Origin: an uncultured archaeon
GTDB taxonomy: Archaea > Aenigmatarchaeota > Aenigmatarchaeia > QMZP01 > JACQNV01
Assembly: GCA_964410585.1 (NCBI GenBank)
Contig: CAYPFW010000001.1
Location: forward strand, 447,814 to 511,813
Direction of reading: 5' to 3'
DNA: 64,000 nt
Made by a program: the position numbers and the translations under genes. How positions within the stretch are numbered: the first letter of the stretch is position 1; every line of letters starts with the position of its first letter. This document shows positions 28,155 through 37,354 of the stretch, piece after piece. A model generated the notes under the pieces. The model worked only from the letters and a program-made list of their open reading frames with translations, did no database searches and was not told the DNA's origin.

Positions 28155-28535
28155 TTAGACATTTGGATCGCCGAAAAATTGTTTTGCTTCTCTTTCTAAA
28201 GTGTCCATACCTACTGGTTTTTCTAAATATTTAGCATTTCCGGATCTTTCTACAATGGCTGTTATTTGAGCTCTTTCACTATCTGAAACAGGTGAGCAAC
28301 ATATCAAAACAGGTGTTCGCCTTCCATCTTTTCTTAATTGCTCGAGTATTTCTATACCCCTTGGGCTACCCATGTTGTTGTCAAACACAGCGCCATCGAA
28401 GTTTCCTGAGTAAATTTTTTCACGAGCTTCTGTCCCATTTGCTGCTTGTTCAACAACATATCTATTTCTAGTCAATAGTCTAGAGTATAAATCTCTCAGA
28501 GGTTTTTCATCATCTGCAACTAAAATTCTTTTCAT
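28155..28535 (-). CDS. Stand-alone response-regulator receiver (CheY-like)
   Basis: ILVADDE, phospho-acceptor context AVFDNNM, ICCS, and LEKP conserved Lys. Confidence 0.8.
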   Translation of the reverse strand: MKRILVADDEKPLRDLYSRLLTRNRYVVEQAANGTEAREKIYSGNFDGAVFDNNMGSPRGIEILEQLRKDGRRTPVLICCSPVSDSERAQITAIVERSGNAKYLEKPVGMDTLEREAKQFFGDPNV

Positions 28536-28897
28536 AGTTCTGCTCCTACAGCTGATTCGTCTTTGATGTATTTGAATAAATCATCGAACAAAAATCCAGG
28601 CTTTTTGAAAATTGGTATTTTTTTGTCAACGTCTTGCCTCAAAGAATCATATTCAAAATTATCCAAAGTTGTTGTCAAGGCCAACTTTGTTCCAACTGGA
28701 ACGCTATGTACCATATCAGCTATCTGATCAACATTAGCATAGTGCACATCGAAAACAACTGCATCAAATCTGCTTGAGTCAACTTCTTTGTAGTTCCTAG
28801 CAAATCTTACATCAACTTTAGCTCTTCTGGCCCAAATATCGTATGCACTTCTCAAACTCTCATCTGGCTCAACAAAACAAACTCTAATCCTATTCAT
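28532..28897 (-). CDS. Second, divergent receiver-like domain protein
   Basis: VCFVEPDE, AVVFDVH, LALTTT and FKKP occupy the canonical REC positions. 4-nt overlap with the next gene. Confidence 0.55.
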   Translation of the reverse strand: MNRIRVCFVEPDESLRSAYDIWARRAKVDVRFARNYKEVDSSRFDAVVFDVHYANVDQIADMVHSVPVGTKLALTTTLDNFEYDSLRQDVDKKIPIFKKPGFLFDDLFKYIKDESAVGAEL

Positions 28898-28938
28898 ATA
28901 ATCACTAATAAATAGTGAAATTAAGGCTTTATAAAGGT

Positions 28939-30831
28939 TTATCTCAGCTCGCCCTTCTTGAACATTTCAGCTTTGCCTTTGTTCTTTGCTGCTGAGGATA
29001 GGATACCCCATTCTTCTTCTGGGACTTCAAATAGATCTTTTAACGGATCCATTTTATGATCCTCAATTATCTGCATTTGTCTTTTTACTCCACCCATAAC
29101 AAGTGACCCTTCCAATGCAAAAAATTCAGCTGGTAACTCCTTTAATGGAGTTTCTTTTTCAACATACTTTGCAATCAATCTCAAGACGTCTATTGATTTT
29201 TGGAAAGGATCATCTCCACCTCCTCTTTCATATATTAAAAATGATGTTCTTTTTTTACCAAAACCTGTTTTCACAAGATTTAATATAAGTTCATACAAAA
29301 CAACATCGCCAAACTCCAGTATGTCATGTGGATGCATTGGATTTGGGTGGTTAGCATGTATAGAAATTGTGAGTTCTCCAAAATCAGGTTTAGTCAAAAT
29401 ATCCGCTCTGCTTTCCAAAAGAGCGTCTACACCCTGTGTGGCCAAGTGCTCATGATCCACTATCAACATTAACCTAGACAGCTTACTTTCTTTTCTTGAT
29501 GTTTTAACTGCAGCATATAACTGTTTTGGCCTCCACAATAAATGGGAACCAGCATAATGAGGCTCTCTGGCTTCTGGATTTTCTATTCCAACTATTATAC
29601 TTCTTGCAGTCTTAATGCATTCTTCTTTAAACCTTTTATCCTCAGGCGATTTATCAGGAAGTTTTTTCAACTCTTTGCCAATAAATTCATCCTCAATCCA
29701 CTTGAATGCAGCTTCCATGTGACCCTGTAAAAATTTAGCTGCAACAACAGAATAAAAAAATTCTTTGAACTCTCTATCATTATACTTTTGCGCCTCTAAC
29801 CATGTATTATCAAACCAATCTGGATCATTATAATTTATTTTATATTTTTTCATCAAATCCTTGTATTCAGCTGCCATTGCAACCCACATAGGATCCTTTT
29901 CCAAAAACAAGTAGTTTGCCATTATTAGATAACCTTCAACTATTGTCACACCACCTCTTATTTCCTCAGAATACCATCTATCTCCTTTGGCTAACTTTTC
30001 TCTTGCAGCATCATCATATGCCTGCTCCTCCATCAAAGATCTTTGAACTATATATTCCTGCCTCACCCTGTCCATTGTTTTTCTTATTTCAGCATCAACT
30101 TCAGGGTGGCCTGTTTTTGGGACAACACCTCTTGTTTGTGCATCCTCAACTACATCATCTATAAGCTCTTCAATTGAAATTTTTCCTTGATATTTTATTT
30201 CAACAATCTGTTTAAGCTGAGGTCTCAACTTATTAAGCACTTGTCTTAATACCTCCTCTGTATGCTCTTTTTCCCAATTTAAAGAATCAACAGAAACTTT
30301 GTTTCCCAATTTTATTCTTTCATCTCTTGAAAAGATATCAGCAAGATAGTGCTCAATTTTTTTCTTGATAAACCATTCTCTGAGTTTTTTGGATTCTTTC
30401 AAAATTCCAGAAATAAACCTTCCCTTATGATCACAAAAAGACAAGGTCATTTTTCTTCCAGTACCATATGTCAGAAGCTCGAGCCAAATATTTAGACATG
30501 CATGGAAATCAATATACGTAGCCCCAACATAAATTGCTGATCTCAGGGATTTTGTTATCCTTTCATGCGAATCTCTCCAATCAGACCTTTCAGGCATGTC
30601 CAAAGCTATCTGCAAATCACCGTGCATGTTCAATTCAAGGCCCTGTTTTTTTGCTATGCTTCTAATTTGTTTGGCATCTGTAAAAGTGACTTCACTCGGC
30701 AGGTCCAGAGGAAGTTCTATTGTGTTTACACCTCGAGTAAGCACATAACCAATTTTTTTGATAGTTGTGGCTAACTCTGGCGACCTCGCTATATAATGCA
30801 ATCCCGGTGTTGTTCCAACTTTAAATCCCAT
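28939..30831 (-). CDS. Large uncharacterised protein, possibly a split xylose-isomerase-like TIM barrel with a ~330-aa insertion
   Basis: N-terminal TIELPLD, LNMHGDL and YIDFHAC, C-terminal IVDHEHL, SIHANHP and LIYERGG. Weak motif-level reading only. Confidence 0.3.
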   Translation of the reverse strand: MGFKVGTTPGLHYIARSPELATTIKKIGYVLTRGVNTIELPLDLPSEVTFTDAKQIRSIAKKQGLELNMHGDLQIALDMPERSDWRDSHERITKSLRSAIYVGATYIDFHACLNIWLELLTYGTGRKMTLSFCDHKGRFISGILKESKKLREWFIKKKIEHYLADIFSRDERIKLGNKVSVDSLNWEKEHTEEVLRQVLNKLRPQLKQIVEIKYQGKISIEELIDDVVEDAQTRGVVPKTGHPEVDAEIRKTMDRVRQEYIVQRSLMEEQAYDDAAREKLAKGDRWYSEEIRGGVTIVEGYLIMANYLFLEKDPMWVAMAAEYKDLMKKYKINYNDPDWFDNTWLEAQKYNDREFKEFFYSVVAAKFLQGHMEAAFKWIEDEFIGKELKKLPDKSPEDKRFKEECIKTARSIIVGIENPEAREPHYAGSHLLWRPKQLYAAVKTSRKESKLSRLMLIVDHEHLATQGVDALLESRADILTKPDFGELTISIHANHPNPMHPHDILEFGDVVLYELILNLVKTGFGKKRTSFLIYERGGGDDPFQKSIDVLRLIAKYVEKETPLKELPAEFFALEGSLVMGGVKRQMQIIEDHKMDPLKDLFEVPEEEWGILSSAAKNKGKAEMFKKGELR

Positions 30832-30832
30832 G

Positions 30833-30888
30833 CTAGCCTTCTTTTAGAAAAAGAAGTCTACCGTACCCAAGAAAACTATTATACATAC
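30833..30888 (+). repeat. Short-form S repeat
   Basis: CTAGCCTTCTTTTAGAAAAAGAAG plus TCTACCGTACCCAAGAAAACTATTATACATA. It starts 1 nt from the start codon of the 630-aa gene. Confidence 0.75.
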
Positions 30889-30976
30889 CCACTCTTTCTA
30901 AAAAATCACCCCTTGCGTTTAGACAACTCCTTTTCAATAATTTTAGCTTCATCTTTTCGATTAGGTTTTTAAAAGG

Positions 30977-32566
30977 TTAATAACTCGGTCCCGATCCTGG
31001 AACCCCCATTTTCCATTTTAAAAATTTTATAACCTCTGCATATAACTGTCCTGCAGGAAGGAAATACATTTTTGTTAACCTTTCCTCTAAATTGCTTTCA
31101 TATGGTCCAGGTCTGATAAATGGACTTGTTATTTTAATCAAAAAATTTTTAGAGCCGGAAAAAGCGCTTTTTACTCCGTCTCGTGTTTTTGAGAGAACAG
31201 AAGGCTTACTTGGTTCCTTTTTCTCTTCCATCTCTGTCTCTATTTCTTTCCTTATATCATCTTCATATTCTTTAGAACCAATGAGCTCGTTTATATGTCT
31301 ATTAAATTTTTCCTCAACTGCAGCAAGCTCGATTATATGTAAAAGTAAAACATTTTGAGAAACTGTTCTATGCTTTATATCAAATGTTATATCCTCAAGC
31401 TCACCCTTCCCTGGGATTTTGCCTAAAAATTTCATGACTTTTATGTCATAGACTCTGTAATAAAGAGCTGTCTCTGACATTTCTTTTGATGAGACTGCTT
31501 TCTTGAATAGCTTTTCCATTCTTTCCTCAAGCTTTTCATCATCCTCAACAACAAATTTACCATCCTTAACTTTACCCCAAACCTTGTGGTGCTCTGCTAT
31601 TATTCTTGCCCACTTTTTAGAAAAGCTATCTATTGGGCTTATTTGACCTGTTCTTTCTGGCTTTGACATTTCAGGTGGATTAAAAACCTTCCAACCTAAA
31701 AATCTAATGTGTGATGAAGCAACAGCATTTCCAAAACCAGGTGCCATATAAACACTTGTCACAGCTTCCTGTGGATTTTTTTCCAAGCTATCTCTCATCA
31801 TCTTGTGCCTAGAAACATAAGGCTTGAGCCACTCTCTATACTCTGCTATACTTCTTTCTCTGGCTTTAACTAGTGAATTTATCCTCGCATATCTCTTTTG
31901 TACTTCAGGAAGGAACATTTTTTTCCAATTTTCAAAAAGCTCGTTTTTTGTTTTTAGAACAGTGGCCTCTGCCTGCGAAACAGCTAGCTTGTCCTTTATT
32001 TTTTCAACATCTTTTCTTGACTTTTCATCTAAGGTTCCAAATCTTATGAAATCTGTGATTATTGTTGGCCATCTTTTAGTCATGCTAATCATAGAAAAGT
32101 TTTCGCCTGTAAATGCATCAACCCTGTCAATGAAAAGCGATCTTAGAACATGCTCATCTTTGTCTTTTTTGGCTTTTACAAAATAGTTTATTATCTCCCT
32201 ATATTTTCTTAAATCATGCATCGCTAACTCATAGTCTGCAACTGCTTGGGCAGCAGACGCAAGGCCTTGTTTTATTGATCCTTCTAGTTTTTGTTTTTGT
32301 GTGATTGTTAATTCATATGCCTGTGTATGTGTTGGTGAAACAGACATCCATTCATCCAATTTTTTCAATGTATATTTCCATTTAGGCATTTGAAAGACCA
32401 AGGAATAATAAAGAGCTGTACATCCACCAACTTCTGTTGTGTAGTTTATGTCCATTTGTTGGTCACCAGGAAGGGCACAAAGGGCCTCGCCTAGTGTTAT
32501 TTTTTTTATTGCATTATTGTATAAGTGATCTATTACAAAATCTTCCTTTATTTCATCTTTTCCCAT
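30977..32566 (-). CDS. Hypothetical 529-aa protein (largely helical)
   Basis: Long uninterrupted ORF with a GGTGA SD upstream. No recognisable motif. Confidence 0.6.
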   Translation of the reverse strand: MGKDEIKEDFVIDHLYNNAIKKITLGEALCALPGDQQMDINYTTEVGGCTALYYSLVFQMPKWKYTLKKLDEWMSVSPTHTQAYELTITQKQKLEGSIKQGLASAAQAVADYELAMHDLRKYREIINYFVKAKKDKDEHVLRSLFIDRVDAFTGENFSMISMTKRWPTIITDFIRFGTLDEKSRKDVEKIKDKLAVSQAEATVLKTKNELFENWKKMFLPEVQKRYARINSLVKARERSIAEYREWLKPYVSRHKMMRDSLEKNPQEAVTSVYMAPGFGNAVASSHIRFLGWKVFNPPEMSKPERTGQISPIDSFSKKWARIIAEHHKVWGKVKDGKFVVEDDEKLEERMEKLFKKAVSSKEMSETALYYRVYDIKVMKFLGKIPGKGELEDITFDIKHRTVSQNVLLLHIIELAAVEEKFNRHINELIGSKEYEDDIRKEIETEMEEKKEPSKPSVLSKTRDGVKSAFSGSKNFLIKITSPFIRPGPYESNLEERLTKMYFLPAGQLYAEVIKFLKWKMGVPGSGPSY

Positions 32567-32573
32567 AACTCAC

Positions 32574-32744
32574 CTAAAATACTATTAAAACAATGCCTAT
32601 GAAGAATGAAATTAGACCTATGACTATTCCAATTATCGGAAAATCTTCTCCTTGGTGCTCTGTTGTCCCAGGAAATATAAAAGCCATGAAAACACCAAAA
32701 GCCATCAATAGTATACCAATTATTATGCTTAGCAATCCGCCCAT
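32574..32744 (-). CDS. Small two-TM membrane protein (56 aa)
   Basis: Not in the track: MGGLLSIIIGILLMAFGVFMAFIFPGTTEHQGEDFPIIGIVIGLISFFIGIVLIVF. It ends 8 nt before the 529-aa gene. Confidence 0.5.
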   Translation of the reverse strand: MGGLLSIIIGILLMAFGVFMAFIFPGTTEHQGEDFPIIGIVIGLISFFIGIVLIVF

Positions 32745-32783
32745 ATCTACTCTTTATTTATATTTGATATATTAAATACTATA

Positions 32784-32922
32784 TAGGGCTATCCTTTTCT
32801 TTAGAAAAGTCTGCATCTCCTAAGAAATGGATGCAGAGATGTCTCGTGAACAACGAGCAAAGAAAAAGGTTAATAGGAGACACGAAAAAGTCTACAGTAT
32901 CCAAAAGAAAACTATTATACAA
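32784..32922 (+). repeat. Long-form X repeat
   Basis: TAGGGCTATCCTTTTC, CTGCATC/GATGCAG hairpin, GAGATGTCTCGTG (32836-32848), TAATAGGAGACACGAAAAAG, TCTACAGTATCCAAAAGAAAACTATTATACAA. Confidence 0.85.
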
Positions 32923-32971
32923 CAGAGGAAAAAAGACTATAGAGAAGAAAAATATTTGATTTGAGGTAAAT

Positions 32972-33493
32972 ATGCCAGTTTTTGCGCGAACGAAATTAGT
33001 GATGTATGACAACTGCTTCCCAGAAGACCCTGGAGAAGTAGAGTTGAAATATGTAGGCCCAAACGCAATGGAAGTTTATCACAGGATGTATGAACTAATC
33101 AAAACAGTTTGGAGGGCATCTGACAAAGATGTACAGGAAGATCAATACAATTATGGAAAGGGGGAAGTTGAAAAAATAAAGGTAAGATGGCATTTGCACA
33201 AAGATGCTGATAGGTTTACCTATTATTGGGTAAGGTTCGATTTGAGCGCATCTGGAAACGAGAAGTCTGGAAGTGTCTACATCAGAATCAAGCCAGTTTT
33301 AATGACAGAATATCCACAAGATACTGTTTGGCAAAGATCATTGCTTTATGAAATGCTTAGAACATTTTGGCACAGGGTTTTCTATCACAACAAAAGAAGA
33401 GAGTTTTTAGATGAATGTAAGGACTTGACATCTTTCTACTTGAAAAAAATGAGGGAATATTTCAAGTATTTGGCTGAAGATAATAAAGAATAA
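32972..33493 (+). CDS. Hypothetical protein, paralog of 33527-34051
   Basis: 173 aa, with a possible start at the ATG at 33002. Shares length and a W...YYWVR/LYWVR...D(L)R... pattern with the next ORF. Confidence 0.55.
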   Translation: MPVFARTKLVMYDNCFPEDPGEVELKYVGPNAMEVYHRMYELIKTVWRASDKDVQEDQYNYGKGEVEKIKVRWHLHKDADRFTYYWVRFDLSASGNEKSGSVYIRIKPVLMTEYPQDTVWQRSLLYEMLRTFWHRVFYHNKRREFLDECKDLTSFYLKKMREYFKYLAEDNKE

Positions 33494-33526
33494 TTTTAGT
33501 CACATTCAAATATTAAAGGTTACATT

Positions 33527-34051
33527 ATGGGGGATTCGTTAAAAATAACAGATGATTGTCTTGCACCAAGGGGTAGACTTCAGCTATTTTATACAGGGAA
33601 AGATCCATTCACAGTAGCCGTAGAAACAGAAGAAGTTTTCAAACCATTTTTCCGTATATCAACTTCTAAAAGAAATCAGCAAACATTCAAATGGGATGTA
33701 GCAGGCCAAAACCAAGAGTTTACAATCTTGTATTGGGTGAGGAAACCGTTCAGCAGATATTCAGAAATGAGAGTTGATCTTAGATTCCAGGGATACCAAG
33801 ATAAAGAAACCAAAAAGGGCCACTGTAGAGTTGAGATAATATCAAAACTTGAAAACACTTTTCCTAAAAATTGGGTTGTCAAAGGATTTTTCTTTTTGTA
33901 TAATATATTTTTTTATGATAAAATTAGGCAAAAATATCTCCAAATTTGCAGTTCCATGACCCAAGGCTTGGCTGAAATCATAAAAGACAAATATGGAATG
34001 AGACCATCTGCTTCGCAAGCTGTTGACAGGTTCCCATCAGAGGAAGATTGA
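33527..34051 (+). CDS. Hypothetical protein, paralog of 32972-33493
   Basis: 174 aa, arranged in tandem with its paralog. Confidence 0.55.
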   Translation: MGDSLKITDDCLAPRGRLQLFYTGKDPFTVAVETEEVFKPFFRISTSKRNQQTFKWDVAGQNQEFTILYWVRKPFSRYSEMRVDLRFQGYQDKETKKGHCRVEIISKLENTFPKNWVVKGFFFLYNIFFYDKIRQKYLQICSSMTQGLAEIIKDKYGMRPSASQAVDRFPSEED

Positions 34052-34128
34052 GCCTTTTTCAAAATCTACATCTCCAACAATATTGGTGCAGAGATGTCTC
34101 GTGCACATTGCAATAGGAGACACGAAGG
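34051..34128 (+). repeat. X repeat
   Basis: GCCTTTTTC, CATCTCC...GGTGCAGAGATGTCTCGTG (34091-34103), CAATAGGAGACACGAAGG. Confidence 0.8.
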
Positions 34129-34135
34129 CTCATGC

Positions 34136-34195
34136 CAAAAAGGAGGCTAAATTTTTCTTCATTTGCGGATTCGCAAAAAATTTCACGCCTTCCAC
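34136..34195 (-). repeat. Y repeat (reverse)
   Basis: AAAAAGGAGGCT, AT-rich hairpin, CGCCTTCCAC. Confidence 0.8.
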
Positions 34196-34204
34196 ATTGA
34201 AGTT

Positions 34205-35953
34205 TTATCCATAGTAATACTGTCCTTTTTCTTTTTGCTCCCTGTCTAAAACAGAACCGAATTTGTTTGCCCTTGGCCTTCCTGTATGCGGATCTCGACG
34301 GAAGGTCAAATTCATTTGCTTCAAAAATTTGTTCATACCATCTTTCAAATCACATGGTGAAAGGCCGCGCCCTTCTTGTCCTGGCCTCCCTTCAAAAATC
34401 ATAACTCTGTCAGATATCACATCTATCAACTGCAAATCATGGTCAACAACAAAAGCTGAAACAGAATTTTCTTCCACCCAATCCTGGATAATTTTTGCAA
34501 GCCTGAGCCTTTGCTCAACATCTAAAAAAGCAGAAGGCTCGTCTAGAAGCAGGATTTTGTGTTCTCTTGCTAAAGCAGCTGAAACAAAAACGGCTTGTAG
34601 CTCCCCTCCAGAAAGTGATCCTAATTCCCTTTCCAAAAATTTATCTACACCAAGAATATTGTTTACTCTTTGGACTCTTGACAAATTTCCAATAAAATTT
34701 CTTACAGTTGTTTCTTTTTGTTCTTCTGTTAATTCCAGCCTTTGGGGCTTGTAGGAAAGTTTTAGATCTAAAGAGCCTCCTTTGTCTGGTTTCAATTCGC
34801 CTGCAAGCATTTTTACAAAAGTTGTTTTTCCAATCCCGTTCGGGCCTAAAATTCCTATTATTTCTGATTTGTTCAAGCTTCCTTCTTCTGTTTTCAAGGA
34901 AAAATCTTTGAAACTTTTTTCAAACTTTTCGAATTCAAAAAGAGGTGTTGTTTTCGTTGATATTTTTGCCGACTTAGAAAAAATTATTGGATCCTTTCTT
35001 ATCCTCATGTTTTCTTCTTTCAGATGACCGTCTAGATATGCATTTATGCCAACCCTAACACTGTAAGGGTGCGAAACAATACCAAATGTTCCAGGCGTTC
35101 CATACAAAACATGAATTTGGTCAGCAAGATAATCAGCCAAGGCTAAGTCATGTTCTATGACAACAACATAATTTTTTTCAGCAAGGTTTCTAATAACCTC
35201 AGAAACTTTGAACCTTTGTTCAACATCTAAATAAGAAGAAGGCTCATCAAAAAAATAAAAATTGCCGCCCTTGATTATTGTTGCAGCAATTGCAAAAAGC
35301 TGAAGCTCTCCGCCTGAAAGGTCTGAAATATTTTTTTCCAAAAGATGGTCTATACCCAAACCCTTTGCAGTTTTTTCAAACTTACTTTCTGTATCTATCT
35401 TTTTCAAAAGGTCTTTTATCTTTCCTTTCAATGTTTCCTGTATCTTATCTATGTTTTGTGGCTTGTAAGCGAGCTTAATTTTTTTTAAATTTGCTAAATA
35501 ATCTTGGAGTTCTGTTCCCTTGAATCTTTGTACGACTTCCTCCCAACTAACGTCTCTTTCCAAAACATCACAATTTGGCTTTAGGTTACCTGAAAGAATT
35601 TTCATCACAGTTGATTTACCGACACCATTTGGCCCAACTAAACCAACAACTTGACCTTTTTTTGGTATAGGGAGTTTGTACAAAGCAAACATATTTTTTC
35701 CATATCTATGTATTGGAAATTCATCAAGAGCTGTGGGCAAGTTAACAACAGAAACAGCATGAGGCGCAGCCTTCACGCAAAGCATACAGGAGATACAGGT
35801 TTCTTCATCTATCAAAAGGTTTTCATTCTCGTCTATTGATATGCATATTGTATCTGCTCTGTTTACAGGGCAAACACTTTGCACATATTTTTTCTGGTTC
35901 AGATCCTTGAACTTCTCATTATCTACAACAGCTATACGCTTTTTCGATGACAT
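34205..35953 (-). CDS. abce1: ABCE1 / RNase L inhibitor (ribosome recycling ATPase)
   Basis: N-terminal 2x[4Fe-4S] Cys motifs (CPVNR..., CISCMLCVKAAP) and two ABC cassettes (GPNGVGKST, GPNGIGKTT, two LSGGELQ). Confidence 0.95.
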   Translation of the reverse strand: MSSKKRIAVVDNEKFKDLNQKKYVQSVCPVNRADTICISIDENENLLIDEETCISCMLCVKAAPHAVSVVNLPTALDEFPIHRYGKNMFALYKLPIPKKGQVVGLVGPNGVGKSTVMKILSGNLKPNCDVLERDVSWEEVVQRFKGTELQDYLANLKKIKLAYKPQNIDKIQETLKGKIKDLLKKIDTESKFEKTAKGLGIDHLLEKNISDLSGGELQLFAIAATIIKGGNFYFFDEPSSYLDVEQRFKVSEVIRNLAEKNYVVVIEHDLALADYLADQIHVLYGTPGTFGIVSHPYSVRVGINAYLDGHLKEENMRIRKDPIIFSKSAKISTKTTPLFEFEKFEKSFKDFSLKTEEGSLNKSEIIGILGPNGIGKTTFVKMLAGELKPDKGGSLDLKLSYKPQRLELTEEQKETTVRNFIGNLSRVQRVNNILGVDKFLERELGSLSGGELQAVFVSAALAREHKILLLDEPSAFLDVEQRLRLAKIIQDWVEENSVSAFVVDHDLQLIDVISDRVMIFEGRPGQEGRGLSPCDLKDGMNKFLKQMNLTFRRDPHTGRPRANKFGSVLDREQKEKGQYYYG

Positions 35954-36013
35954 CTACCCCTTTTCTTTAGAAAAGAAAAGTGGTAAGGTATCCCAAAAGA
36001 AACTAATATACAA
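35954..36013 (+). repeat. Short-form S repeat abutting the abce1 start codon
   Basis: CTACCCCTTTTCTTTAGAAAAGAAAAG plus TGGTAAGGTATCCCAAAAGAAACTAATATACAA. On the minus strand it reads AAAGGGGTAG-ATG. Confidence 0.8.
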
Positions 36014-36079
36014 ATTCATTCTTTTCTAAAAGAAATTCACCTCATTATCTGTATAATAATATAGATCAGAAATATAACC

Positions 36080-36397
36080 CTATTTCACACCTTTCAAAAT
36101 CCTTTCAACTTCTTCATCAGAAACATATGTTTTTGTGACTTGGTCTGCTTGGTTCTTGTCAAAGATTTGAACCATCACAAAGGTACCTTCTGTCCTACCT
36201 TCGCCTACTGTATACTCTGTAATCACACATCTTCCAAAAGCTTTCCAGTCTGTTGTCCTTAAATCCATTGGAACTTTTATTTGGTATAATCTATGGCCTT
36301 CTTTTCTAAAATGATATTTCTTGCCTAGTTCCAAAGGTTTTGGCATTTCTTTCGGGTCTAGCCTCAAACAGGCTTGGAGCAAAAACGGATTTCCCAT
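36080..36397 (-). CDS. Hypothetical protein
   Basis: Start set at MGNPFLLQ (cat at 36395-36397). The longer track ORF overlaps the upstream gene. Confidence 0.45.
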   Translation of the reverse strand: MGNPFLLQACLRLDPKEMPKPLELGKKYHFRKEGHRLYQIKVPMDLRTTDWKAFGRCVITEYTVGEGRTEGTFVMVQIFDKNQADQVTKTYVSDEEVERILKGVK

Positions 36398-36416
36398 ATA
36401 ATTATGTATATAATAA

Positions 36417-36977
36417 CTAGCTTTGCATTTTTTTAACCAGCCTATGAATCTTATCTTCAACTGTTTCTTTCTTTTCGTAGGTTTTCTGGAATTCCAAAGA
36501 AATTGGTTTGCCAAGTATTTGGGATGCAACTTCTGTAAAAGATTTTATTTGAATTGGCAAGGTTTTGTTTGGGACAGTGACTTTGTATTTTTCGCCCTCA
36601 GAACTAAAAACTAGGTTTAGGCTAAGTATTGGAACAGGATAGATGAGGTTTTGGAGAAATGACCTTTTGTCAGATGATTCTTCTATTATCCTGACTGTTT
36701 TTCCAATGTCTTTGCTGAGCTTTCTTATGTTTGTAGCTCCCTTTCCTATAAGTTTTAGGGCTTCGCCTTTGGAGCATACAATTGCTAACAGGCTATCTGT
36801 TTCATAAACCCCCTTTATGTCAGCTTTATCAATTCCTTTAATTTTGTCAGAAAGAGCATTTATTCTTCTAATAATTTCCAATTCTCTAACTGAGACCTTC
36901 CCTGAATCTACTTTTTCCTGGCATGCTGGACACAGAATTTCTGAGTTCAAGCATACTTGGCAAATCTGAGCCTTCAT
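36417..36977 (-). CDS. KH-domain RNA-binding protein with N-terminal zinc ribbon (NusA-like)
   Basis: CQVC...CPAC ribbon and a GKGATNIRKLSKDIGKTVRIIE KH GXXG motif. Confidence 0.55.
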   Translation of the reverse strand: MKAQICQVCLNSEILCPACQEKVDSGKVSVRELEIIRRINALSDKIKGIDKADIKGVYETDSLLAIVCSKGEALKLIGKGATNIRKLSKDIGKTVRIIEESSDKRSFLQNLIYPVPILSLNLVFSSEGEKYKVTVPNKTLPIQIKSFTEVASQILGKPISLEFQKTYEKKETVEDKIHRLVKKMQS

Positions 36978-36997
36978 ATAAGCTTTTATCCTAAAAG

Positions 36998-37060
36998 CTT
37001 AAGCAAAACAGGAGGCTATTTTTTGCTTCGCTGCTGCTTGCAAAAAATTACGCCTTCCAG
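36998..37060 (-). repeat. Y repeat (reverse)
   Basis: CAAAACAGGAGGCT, hairpin TTTTTTGC/GCAAAAAA, CGCCTTCCAG. Confidence 0.8.
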
Positions 37061-37074
37061 CCTAAACTTTTGAT

Positions 37075-37095
37075 CGACCTTTTCCCAAAAGGTCG
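37075..37095. repeat. Z hairpin
   Basis: CGACCTTTT-CCC-AAAAGGTCG. Confidence 0.7.
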
Positions 37096-37170
37096 GGTTA
37101 ATCAAAAACGGAGCCTAAAATTTTCTTCATCTGCGGATTTGAAAATTTTTACGGCTTCCACGATTAACCC
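37095..37170 (-). repeat. Y repeat (reverse)
   Basis: Outer stem GGGTTAATC/GATTAACCC enclosing CGGAGCCT, an AT-rich hairpin and CGGCTTCCAC. Confidence 0.8.
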
Positions 37171-37354
37171 ATCTTCCCAACTTGTTTGAAAATTTTAGAT
37201 GAACTCTGGATTAACCAATAACACTGTTAAGTTCCGCTTTCGGTTCTTCCAAAATGTACTAATATTATACATTTCAAGGCTTAAAAAAACATGTTTGGAT
37301 ATATATACTTTTCGCTTTTCAAAGTTTATAAACGGGTCAATACAACTTAATATC

